Of a stretch of DNA of 64,000 nt, positions 35,630 to 47,619 are shown piece by piece (positions within the stretch are counted from its first letter, which is position 1; each line of letters starts with the position of its first letter). The stretch spans positions 125,860,001 through 125,924,000 of the forward strand of contig OZ038378.1 in the NCBI GenBank assembly GCA_964036045.1, given 5' to 3'. The stretch is from Eutreptiella sp. 'Long Island Sound 2002' (lineage: Eukaryota > Protista > Euglenida). Made by a program: the position numbers and the translations under genes. Under the pieces are notes generated by a model. The model saw nothing but the letters and a program-made list of their open reading frames with translations. It had not been told where the DNA came from and ran no database searches.

Positions 35630-38600
35630 CACTATGGCAACAAAGGCAACGCCTGCTGCATAGCAAGGTCCCCTGTTTGGCGATGGTTGCTACCACTTGG
35701 TACGTTCACACCAAGCACATCCAGACAGTGCGACAACGCCGCCGTTGTCGAGTCGCGAACCTTGCCATTTTGCGGTGCCACCACTAACTTTGCGTGCATC
35801 CACGCGACACCAAGCCTCTTGTGAGGCTTACGTGGTGTTGCCTGTTTGTCTGCGCTGTTGTTTTCACCAGCCTCGCAAACATCATCTGCAACATTCACCA
35901 CCACCTCTGTACAACGGTGTGGACCTACAGAAAAGCATGCATGGCACACCAAACATGTGTTCCAGCAGATGCGAACCACCTACTTGCATCTGGCACATGG
36001 CTTACCTCTACGAAAGGTGATGAAGTCATCATTGCCAGCATGTGTCTTAGGGCTACTGTCTGGTGCAACAACTGTGAGACATCTACCTTGTTCCGTTCCG
36101 TACCCTTTGCAGAGGGTGCCGTTGAGATCAGTGGTGTAGCCGGCCCTTTAGAGAAGGGCCGGATGTCACCATCATCAGCCAGTGCTCCACACTACCTTGT
36201 AGACATTGAAGCATCGTAGCTTCCACAGATTCTCGTGCATTACCTCCTGCGAACCCTCCGTCTTGGGCGCAGATCAAACCGTGCACGGGCAACTAGGTGG
36301 TGTGCCACTGCAACGCCGTGTCCCTTTGCCCATTGCTCTAAAGGGGACAAGCTAGATTGCAATGCCGTGCACATGCTAAGAACACGTGTCTCAACAATGT
36401 CCTGCATACCACTGCTGAACCTCCCACACAACGAGATGGCACGCTCTACAGCAGCTTCAGCAAGGCAACATGTTCGCAACAACGCAAGAACACACCACAC
36501 ATTCACCCAATGTGCATGCTCCTTTTTAGGGGCCAAGGCCTCCCAAATTCTTGGACATTTGCACATTTGCAAAGTGTTGTACCTTGTGCTCCTTAAGGCC
36601 TGCCCACTGTGCCTAGGCACGTTCGCAGTGCACATGTGCTGCACTCAACTCATCTCGGTGTGAAGCCATGAACCGACACAACTGTTGTACGCCACATGTG
36701 GCAAGGTCGCTGACCGGCACAACCAGCAAACGGCCATGGTCCAACAACACTGCACACTCCAGCACTCTCCTGGGGTCAATTGTTGCCTGCCCCTCCTTGA
36801 TGCATGCAAACAACACATCATTTACTGCACGCGCCTCATCGCTTGGAAAAGGGGGGGGTGTTGCACACTTCTGCCCGCCTGAATCAAGCTGGACCAAATG
36901 CACACCATGCAATGCACCTATCACAGTTTGCTCATTGAGCTGCAACCAACCTGGAGCCTCCTCTCAAGCCACTTTCTGCAACCGTGCCCGTAGCATATCT
37001 GTGGCAGTGGCTAAATTTGCACCCGTGTGATGATATGCCCAGATGTGCCACGTTGTTCAAACATCACATGCCATGCAGGATGTCCCCATAAACCATCTTC
37101 CATGCAAGCAAACTGGCATCATGGCAGTCCTCCCACACATCCTCCTCTTTCATGGAATGTTGCACCTTCAAATTCAAATGCCTTGCCAGCCAGGGGACAT
37201 TGGCCAAAAAAAGAGAGTGTTGCGCCGCGCTTTTGCCCGCGACCACCTGATGCGATGATTTGCAGGGATGAGTAGCAAACCACTACGTTTATGAAGCACA
37301 TGGTCTTGCATACACTTTTGCACCTCCTTCCATTGCTGTGCCCCATTGTACAAGGCCGGAGGGCGATCCACGGCTCCCATGTCATCAGCATGGGTTGGGC
37401 CAGCAGCCTCCAATGCATGACCAAGCTTGCGCTGCAACGCATGGCAAGTCTCACCCATGCGGGTCATCGGGACCAGCCATGTCCCAATAAGGGCAAACAA
37501 ATTGTTGTCAATGGCAGGGACATCAAAAACTTGCCATGCACTAGCACCCCGCACAAGGTTGCAAGCCCCATCCACTGCAAAAGTCACCATCTCCGTCGCC
37601 CACCAAAACGCGGTCCGGTGTTCAAAACACCAGCAGGAATTCCAACTGCTTCGTAATTGTCCGTGCATCAGCACACGCCACATCCACCATACCAAGGAAC
37701 ACTTCACACATGCCTCCTGGGCCAGTCCCAAGGAAAACATGCAGAATGGCATACTCATGAAAGCGATGCCTTTACTTGTCCGAGCCTTCAAGCAAATGTG
37801 CGATGAAGGTTGTCATGTATAGGATGTGTGTTACATCGTCTTGCATGGCATCATGCATTGCTGCAATAGCCTTCTCAACTATCCACCGCCGTGAAGCATG
37901 GTGCCTAGTGGTAGATGTCAAGGAGCATTGAAGAAGAATCTGCTCACTTATGGCACGGATGGAAGTGCACATGCGTAACGCAATGTAAACGTCAACCAAC
38001 CGTGACAAAATGGCCGTCTCAGCATCAGTCAATGGCAGACCAATGTCCATGGCCTCCCCCTTGATGAAGACAATGTTCCTTCCCACCAATTCTACAGTGG
38101 CAACAGTGGGGCACAATGCATGATATCGTTGTGCACAATGCTGCTTGCAATCCTCCTTGGCCAATTGGTGGTGGTGCCCTGGCCGGTGCAGATTCTTTTG
38201 TGATGATGTTGGGCCACGTGACAACCCCAAATGGTTTTCCAACACTTCCCACCGCCATGTTTTTTGGCTAGGGGTCTTCATGCGCATCCCTTGACCGTAT
38301 GTTCCGTATACCAGGGCATTACTGGCCCGAGAGGGACGTGCCATCCTAGGAATGCCACGCACATTAGCCCATGCGCAACATACACACCCGCTCAACATAC
38401 ACGCTCAAAGTGGGCAACTGGTTAGCATGGCCGGGTGCATACCCCTAGGGGTCACGTGCCCTCTTGCCCTTCTTCCAAGGCTTCCACAACCAGTTCCCCA
38501 CCACACACACACCTAACCAGTAGATTGTGCTCCCTAACCCTATGAATGACTCCAGCCTCCCTCAATACCCCTGCCAACTCAAGGGTGGTGCTCACAGCGG
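35630..38600 (-). pseudogene. Decayed long coding region continuing downstream of the helicase; domain unrecognised
   Basis: A chain of same-strand ORF fragments with protein-like composition: 37772-38398, 37174-37791, 36613-36945, 36240-36644, 35632-35979. Confidence 0.35.
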
Positions 38601-40060
38601 CTGAGCCAGCTTCGGACTGGACAGCATGCAATGCATCCATCCATGCACCAGGTGTAGTGGTCAGCCCACGCCGCGAATCGCCAGAAGAGGTGGAGCTGAG
38701 GATGTGCCCTGCTGGTTAGTGTGTTTGCCCTCCAACCATCGCTCATTATCCTTGGAACATGAGACAGAAGGAAAGCCAAGATGACTTGGGCTTGCAGCCC
38801 TTGGAACCGCTCCAGGGTAGCAACCGCCATGAGGATAGGGTGCCTGCCCTCACACACACGGCTACCAACATAGGACACGCAATAATCGAGCCACACCGTT
38901 TGGGTATAGTGTGTAGTGACTACCGCCACCGACTTGTCCGGGTAAGTACATGCCCTGACTGCCACCTCCAAGAAATGCACACCAGCAGTCCCTCCTCCCT
39001 ACTCATGTTCCTGGCTGAGGCCAACACATCATCCATCTTTGTGCAGTTCCATGCCTGTAACACATAACTCACCAATTTCTGCATCACGTTTCCCCAAACT
39101 TCCCTCGAGTTGATCCCACCACGTGTCCGCATCCAGGTCCACGATGCGGATGGGGTTCTGAAGGAGTATATCAGGCAGGGGGTGGATAGGTGAGTGGTAA
39201 TAACCAAGAGCACCCCCTTTGAACAAGCAACGCATGACTGTGGCCACTGGCATGTTCATGCGGTATTGCCGTGCCAGGATACTGGCACGGCACCGCGTGT
39301 GGTAAAAGAAGAATGGCAAGCAGTTGGTGGTGCAGAACCGGTGGGAATCATGCCAATGCAGGTGAGGGCGAGCAGAGTGCATATCCACCTTGTCGTATCT
39401 GAAACTTCGCACGTCTGGCCATGCAACGTTGCATGCCTATGGCATAGCACTACAAGCAGCAGCCAAAAGCTGGACGTGGCTACAGGGCCGCAACCGCCTA
39501 GGGTCACCATACAACAGACGTTGGCTCATAATGACAGCCAAGTCCAATCCCACTGGGATGTTGTGCCTGGACGCCTCATCCACTAAAGTGAAGGCAAACC
39601 TAATTGGCGGCTTCCCTAGAGCAGCCCCAAGAAGCAGCATGCGCCAGTTCGCACCCATCCCAGCCGTGGCAAACACCACACGGCAGCTGTTCGAAGCACA
39701 TGCCAAGGTAGGCCCACAACCCGGGGTGTCCCCCAGGGTCGGCTCCACCTTCTTTTGGTCAAATGACTGGGCCCATGTGGGGCAGTAGCCCGTTGGGCAA
39801 GTAGACCAGGGTGCTGGATGTTTACCTAGCACCGGGCGCGGAACACAGGGTCAGGAGAACTCTCCTCGTGCACCCGTGCTAGCAAGTGGTCTATTGGTGC
39901 ATCGGTGGGTGTAATCAACAGCACGCATGACTCAGGATCCGATATACCATGTGAAGAGTGGTGTGGACCCCTCAGGGACGTCCCTCTGGGAGCCCACGGA
40001 ATTTCGGGGCTGCCACTCTGAGGTACTTAGAGGCTATGCTCGAGACTAGACCTCTCTCCC
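38600..40060 (-). pseudogene. Degenerate superfamily 1B helicase (Upf1/DNA2/senataxin-like, AAA_11/AAA_12)
   Basis: Motifs in correct order: WAPRGT (Walker A remnant), VLLITPTDAPIDHLL (Ia), TLVDEASR (II), LYGDPRRLRP (III), LARQYRM, VATLERFQGLQAQVI (V), RANTLTSRAH (VI). Confidence 0.85.
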
Positions 40061-42939
40061 TGCTGATGGCATGGCATGCAGGCTGTTGGTGGCCCGGACC
40101 TTCTCATCCAACAAAGCACGCGAACGTCTCCCTGCTGTAGCGGCATTCATGTGTTGAACCATCCGCAAGGGGCGGTTCTCAGTGCACAACACAATGCGGT
40201 TTTGGACCTCCTTGTCAACACGAAATAGGGCCTAAGAAAAAGCTCCCTATAGGGGTTTGTGGCACAACACAAACCCAACATCCGCAGAGCACCCCCACAG
40301 GGTGCACAAATGAATTAGACCATCACTGAAGGGGTAGCAAAGAGGACAACATGCAAAGAATGGCCAATAGGTGGGTACATGCCACCTACACTCCGCCTAT
40401 GGTCACAGTGTCACAGCTGACACCGCAAGCAGGCTATGCTGCCTGAAGGGTCAACATCATGACTAGTGCAAATTGTATCAACAAAATTCAGATTCACAGA
40501 TAAAAACGTCATGGTAACCGCACGAACATCAAACATACATATTTTGCTGACAGACGACACGACGCATTACTTCCTGAAAGGGGGGGCAGGCTTTTCCATA
40601 CGCTCTTGCACGGGGGAGGGGGAGGGGGGTGTTTTCCCGACTTTCTATTGGTTTTCGGAATGATTTTGCATACTTCGTGGAGGAAGAAACACGGCACAAA
40701 GGAAAGCAAACCATGGAAACATGAGAAGCGCAGCAAAACGAAGCATGCAAAGCAGAAGGGGCGTGTTTTCCCTATTTTATGGTCGTTGCCGAATCAATTT
40801 CCACACTTCCTGCAAATAAACGGAAAAGCATGAGTGGTGCGAAGGCCCTTCACAGATATAGTGCTGTCAGCAACGAAGGTCAGACGCAGCAAGTTGCAAT
40901 CATCGTTGCAAGCTCACTAATGGGTTGACAAGTGTCATTGGATCGGGAATGAAACATCACAAAATGGCAAATTGAAATTCCAATTCATAGAACCACCACT
41001 ACAAAGCCCCTTCTCAAATGTATTTTGGTTGCATATGACATTGACAAACAACAGTTTTCAAAATGGTTGTTGGCTGCTAGAGGACATGGTGTGCATCTTG
41101 TCGGCCAGGACCAACTGAGTGATGGTGGCAACAACGCAGAGGACACAAGGGGATGTCCCTTTCCTCGGCTGCCAACATTTCAAAAGTTCCGTACAAAACA
41201 GGTCCTAAGAAAAAGATACCTGCAAGGGTCCGCACAGGCACCGTCACGTGACGGAGCATTGTTTCCTGCTAAAAAATCCATAGCCGCTGAAACTTGGTGT
41301 GGGCACGGAGAGGCCTAGGCAAGATGTGTCAACTGTCATGCATCATCATTGAAGGGGCGCGCAGTCATGGTGTAACAGCACAGACTGCAAGGTGGCTTGG
41401 CTCCCTCAAGGGACGGCCTAATGACTATTCAAAAGTAAGGCACTGAAGTGCAAATGCATGAAAAGGTTCATGGCCACCGGATTAGCAACACTGATAATAA
41501 TAGACAGAGCATAAACATGTGCTAAGTAAAGTGCCCACAACAAGCAAAGGGGGGCGTCAAATTTTCCATGTCAATTATTTTTAGGGGTGGAGGGGGAGGG
41601 GGGCAGGCGGTGGTATGTTTTCCATGGTAGTCTTTTCCATCGGGGGCTGGGCTTCAAAGGACCCATGAGCGAAGGGATAGAAGGAATTAGAAGGGCCAAG
41701 GGTGGGTGGGTCAGGGGGGGGGGGGGGTCGTTAACCATTGTGGGGGGGGGGGGTTCCAGTGAAGATGTTTGATGCGGGTCATGGAGGGGGGGATGTGATG
41801 GAGTGCATTAGCAAGAAGATTGGGGAAGGGGGGGGTTCATGGTCCGGTAATGGCGGTCCATGAAAAGCTGATGTCTTATGTCTGATGGCCGACTAAGTCG
41901 CTATACGCAATCCTGGTCGGGGACTTCCGTGTTCTTTTGTTGCTAACAGTAGAACCTAGGCCACTGCCCTTTTCAGTGCAGGCGGTTGGACCTTCACTAT
42001 GATGCCAAAGTGGGTGGTTCCGGGATGTTACATAGCACACCACAACGCACATGATCGTTGATCACCATAGGCCCAAGTTCCTTCTACTATTGGCAGGAAA
42101 ACAGCAACAAAGCCTAAGAGACATGACAGTAAAGCGCAACAACACCGTGTACGCATACAGTGAATCACCATGGGCGTTCATGAGCACAACCATGGACTTT
42201 CATTGTTGGCAGTAAAACCATGGGGCGTAGTCAATTACCATCACATTTTGAACACCATGTGAGCTACCATTGCTCACAACAGCAAATGTTATGCTGGACA
42301 CAGTGGATTCATACCGCACCACCACAGGGTCCCCCATTAAAGGAGCACTCACCCTATTAGTACGGGGCACACTAGGGGTAGGCCCATAGTTTACGGTCCT
42401 AGCTCATGTATTGACTACGATGCCTCGTAAGGAAATATTTCTAAAGCTAGCAGTAAAAAGGCACACCGAAACGCGGAAAAGGCCTGCCGGGCCAGAAATC
42501 GGAAAATGGGCATCACCATTTTGCCCCGAATGGTAACAAGCAAACCGGTGTATATTGTACCACAAGCTGGAGGGATGGAAAGAGAGAGGCACTCCGAGTA
42601 GGTACCCATTTTTTCACGCCCCTAGTGCGCAAGGTTCCTTTCTATAGTGGGCGTACAACGGGTGTGCTCCTGTGCCTATGGGTAAAAATATGGAGAATAC
42701 CCTCACCTTAAACCCCCTGGTGAACACACCTTTAACAGAGTCAGACACAGCGGTTGACTCATCCCACATTCTACTGCCAGCAGCAGAAAAAGATGGTATG
42801 GGTGCCATGGAACCCATTTGGTTAAGTGTATTTCATAGTTGTTTTCCGTTGACACTCTTGAGAGACTGTTTCGGCAAAACAGCATTTTGGGTCCCTTAGT
42901 AAGTTACCATTTCCGCAATAACCTTTGCACGGCCAAGAT

Positions 42940-43560
42940 CATGGTAGAAGGTCGGCTAGTTGTGCAGATCCTGTAAGCCCTATGCAAAGACCTAGATAAC
43001 GTATTGCGGCCCGGTGTCCAATCCGTCTTGGACGGGGAACGCACGAGGATTCGCCTGGGCTCGGCTGCCTCCCCGGATGGGAAAGAGGTGTACCACCTGC
43101 CGCAGTCCTGGGAGCAGGTACAAGATTCGGCTTACCTGGACGCCACGCACCTGGGTGGTCGCACTGTATTAAAGATGCGGGAGCTGCTGCAGCAGCTGTA
43201 CCGCACTTAACAACATGGGCTACACCCGCATTGTCCTGGGCTAGCTAGCCGCTTCCGGGAACAGTTGGTCCCGGAATCAGGGTCCGACTACCTCCGATTT
43301 TGGGAGGAGGAGTGCAACGTTGTCTTAGCGGACCCGCAACCCCACGGCACGGTCATCATGACCCTGGAAACCGTCCAGTCAGTGAATAGGATTCCGGAAA
43401 GAAGGCTACAACGACCACTCGGACCGTGGGGGTGGCTGCGCTTAGCACAGCACACTTCGGGAGGCCTACATTGTGGCCCAAGTGTGGGAGTTGTGGTTCT
43501 TGCGGTTGAATCTGCCACTCCACACCCGCGGGGTCCCACATAGAACGTCGCGCATGGTGA
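42940..43560 (+). pseudogene. Transposase lineage A, copy A3 (3' half)
   Basis: Homologous to 31090-31680: VLDGERTRIRLGSAASPDGKEVYHLPQSWEQV, MRELLQQLYR. Confidence 0.7.
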
Positions 43561-43759
43561 ATACTCTGATGTAACCAATTGTGCAACCCCCACCACGCAT
43601 TTCCATTCACCGCTCGCCAGCCCCCCAGCTTTCATTTAGCATGCACGAAAACGCCGTCGGGGCGAAGATTACCAAGAGCAGTGCCGAACTACTTCCGATA
43701 ATGGTATGTCTTTGCTTGTTTTTGCATGGTGCCATTTTTGGCCTTAGGCAGGGAGTTTA

Positions 43760-43885
43760 GTCCACATTTGGGACAACGTAGTACGGCACAACACAGTACA
43801 GCCTAGTACAGTATGGTAAATTATAGCAAAGCGTGGTGCAGTGCAGTGCCGTACACCACAGTACATTACAGTGCAGTACCAATTC
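43760..43885 (+). repeat. Degenerate (CAGTA/CAGTG)n pentamer tract
   Basis: acacagtacagcctagtacagtatgg...gcagtgcagtgccgtacaccacagtacattacagtgcagtac. Confidence 0.55.
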
Positions 43886-44020
43886 AGGGCTGAGCAGGGC
43901 ATTTCGTTCAAATTGCAATTTTCAAAATTCAAAGGTGGTTCAAAATAGGTGTGCTGATGTTAGAGCTGTTTGAAAGTCCATTTTTCCTTTTTGGATTTTC
44001 CTTTTTGATCACTTGTTTTC

Positions 44021-45551
44021 AGGTGGAATTTATGGAGGGTTCATTCGGAGCCTTGCAACCCCAAGCGCCCCAAGTTAGAGCATCTGCACTGTACCCAACG
44101 GCACAAGCAGCAGCAGCAGCAACAGCACTAGCAACAACAGCACCTCGGGTTCTAGCAACCCCCCCACCCCCCGGCAACCGCCCTCTTGCCGCCAACTCCT
44201 CTCATCAGGTGCCAGAAAGGGGCGCGGAAAGGGAGGGCGGGACGGATGAGCACCCCCCCCAAAAAAAAGAAAATGGAAAAACAAAAGAGGGAAAAGGATA
44301 CGAGGGAAAATAGTGACAAGAAGGACATGCCACCACAGCGCACGGCAGGCGAGGCCACGGGTGCAAAGCTGAAACGGGAGGTTGGGACTGTGGTAAAGAG
44401 GGAGGAGGGGGACCAAGAGTTGGACTCCGAGGGGACCGTGGAGCACATGGCGGCGGACCCACGCACCTGAGTCCACGAGGTGGTGCCCCTCAACGCCCTC
44501 TCAAATGCCTTCGCGGTGCCATCGCGGCTTGGCGCTCTTGGAGAGGAGCCACCAGCCCGAGACGCCCCGCTGCTCCGGGGCCCAGTTAACGCCCACGTCA
44601 CCCTACAGTTTGTGTTGCAACGTACGCTACAGGGTGCCATCGAGCATTCAAAGCGCTCTGGCACTTGGGTATGGTTGGAGACCGAGGAGGGGGCAGGGCA
44701 GCTGTGGACGGTGGGCAACCGGGCGGCCGCAATGCGTACAATCCTAGGTTCCGCGGAGGCGTTGGAAGGCAAGCACATCAAAGCCTCCGGGGGCCTCTTG
44801 GGGTCGGTGGTGTACGAAGTGTTGTACCACCGATGGGCCGACCATGGCCTGACACGCGTGTAACGTCGCGCACGCAGGACATACTTTGTCCCAAGTTGGG
44901 GCGAGCTCACGGGGTGTGGGCGGCATAACCCAGGCCAAGCCCACAAATATGGGGGCCGACATCCCAGGAAAAACTTTGACGCGGCCCGAGACTACGCACC
45001 GCTATCCCCGGGAGGCGGATGCTGTGGAGGCGGAGGCCAAGCCAGCGGAAGGGCCTGTTCCGCGCCGGCGTGGCGGCGTTGCTGGCGTGTGGCAGCAGCC
45101 AAGGGCCAGAAGTATCCCCCCCCCCCGCTTTTGGCATGCCCCACAGTGCAGGAATTCAGAGTTTAAATGTTGGTGACTTGTCGTTTGTAGGACGTTCAAA
45201 TCTCAAAAGTGAGATTAAAAAATGAGCACGCCTAGAGAGAACTGTCGTCTTTTGAAAGTTCTGAAAAGAATTTGAAAATTCAAACCGGAACTTTTGTTTT
45301 TGCCTTGCCTGTCAAATTTCTTCTAGGTCACGGACGCTTCCATGAACGCCTCTCACACCGCCATCGTCCGTGTGCACTTGGATGGGGCGCGGGGCGGCAG
45401 CGAGGAGATCGTCAACATCGCTGGCCTCTTCTGCCTCCTCTTGAGCCGGCCAACCGCGGTCCTCCAAGTCTTGCGCGGCTTGCAAGAGTGGATGCAGAGC
45501 CTAGCGCTTAGCGGCCCGTGGGCGACCTCGAGGAGGCCGCCGCAACCGTGA
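44021..45551 (+). pseudogene. Decayed multi-exon coding region of unknown function
   Basis: Polypyrimidine-AG acceptors at ~44020 (cttgttttcag) and ~45327 (tttcttctag) open GC-rich frames. Frames 44186-44470 and 44480-44863 are broken by stops. Confidence 0.3.
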
Positions 45552-47619
45552 TTCCAGCTAAAGGAGGTTGGAAAGACCTCCACAACCGCGCACAAGGCGG
45601 CCCTCGCGCCAGCTGCCGTCAAGACGAAGGAAACCCCACCACCCGCCCCACCTGTGCGACTCAAATTCCAGCTGGATGACGAGGGGCGGGTGCGCGGGCA
45701 GAAGAGGCCCCGCCAGCCTAGCCCCTCCTGATCCACTTCGAGCTCGAGCTCCACCACGAGCTCTAGCGAGGTCGAGGAGGTGAATCCTAACCCAACTAAG
45801 CCGCCAAAGAGAAGGAAGCCGGCAACGAACCGCAGGGGCAGACCAGTGGGGCTCCGCGGGTGCGCACCCGATAGCGGGCTCCGCGGCGGCCTCTATTGGT
45901 TTGTGGGCTGAGGTGGGGCTGGACACCTTGTGTGCCTGTGTGGGGAGGGCGGGGCTTGTTGTGTTGCCCCCCCCCCTGTGGCCTTTTGCCACAGCTCCGT
46001 GGCTGTCACATCGGTGGCATAGCACAAATGTGCGGCCACCTTGTACGGGGGGGGGGGGGCAACAAAGGGGATAGTGGAGAGAAAGGAGAAGGAGGTGGCG
46101 GCTAAGGGGGCCGCGCAGGGGCAGCCAAAATGAAGTGAGGGCAAGGGGAGGGGGGCATCCGCAGGCCCGAGTGTGTGTGTGCTTTACCCGCAGGGGTTGG
46201 CAAAAGAGGTGGTGGTGAGGAAGGTAAATGGGAGGCGGCGAACGTGGGGGCTATTCGGCACCGGGGAGACACCAATCAACCCGGACAGCGCCCGCGGAAA
46301 TCGCCACTAGGTCCAACGAGGACTGAGCCCGGGACACCCAAGCTCTTTGGGTGTCCCTATCGTCCCTCGAACAGTAAAGGACACCAGGGGGCCCTTTGGG
46401 TGTCCTTGGAGGACATCTATGTGTCAATGGGGTTGCAGCGCGTGAAAGGTTGTTGTGTGTTGCATGTGTATGTGCTAACTTTAGTGGGGGAGTTGTTCAA
46501 TTTTGAAAGTTCAAACGTCAAAAAACAGTTAAACACTTTTTTTGCAGATCTTCGCGTGTTTGAGGAACTTTTGCAAAGATTCAAAAGCGTGCACCCATTA
46601 ACCATCACAACGAACTGCCATAGCACTATGTCGCATAATTGGTGAAAGACACTATGAAAGTTTTGAAAATAGCTTTCAAACGTCAAAAGAATCTGATTCC
46701 CTTGAACGACCTTACGTTGCACACAGGTTCCCGGTAATCTATTAGAGATGCATCCTCGCAATGTCCCCTCATCCCATACAACCTCCCCACGGAGGGCCCA
46801 AGCAGCCCCCCGCGCCCCTTACCCAGCCGCACCATCACTTGAACCGCCTTTGGATGCCTACCACGTTGCCATGCCTGCCCCATCGGAGGCACCTATGTCA
46901 ACCACAATGCCCAAACCGTACTGTCCTCGATCATCCCAAGCGTGTCTCCAAGGGCATGCCCACCCCCCCACCCCCAACCCAAACCTACAAATCTTGGGCC
47001 TTACAACACAAATCCTTTGCAGCAAAAGGGGGGGCGGTTTGAATTTTCTATTGGGTTAGTTTTTGGTGGGGGGGCCATGTACATATTTGTCTTGGTGAAC
47101 CGCAACAGGAACACCCTGTTGTATGTACCCTTTGTGAACGGGCGATAACGTTCCTTTTGAATGGGCGTTGAACCTAGTGTGAATGTGGCCGTGTTTTGCC
47201 ATAAAGTCCCCCATGCTGCCCCTCTTACACGGCAGCTATGTGTCAAAAAATTCTTAAGCAAATTTACTAGAATAGTACAAACAAGGCTAACATGTCCTTG
47301 GTGCACTATAGCTTCACTGCCCAAATTTCTCTTCCATTCACATGGCTCAAAACGTGCATCCTCCATGTCAGGTTGGGAATGCGAAGTTAATGTCAAGTTT
47401 GAGCAAATTTCGTGCCAAATTCGGGCGAAATTAACATAAAGTTTGGTGAAGTCCGAATTGACAAGAGACAAGACATAATGGTATGGGAAACAAGAGATAA
47501 TGTTTCCTGATATACTTCTTGTGTCAACGCCCCATCTTCCGGGCCCCAAATCGTTGCTGCAAAATCTTAACATAACCTAGGTCACTTGCTTCCCTTCTCC
47601 GTGCTCAAGCGGCAACGAG

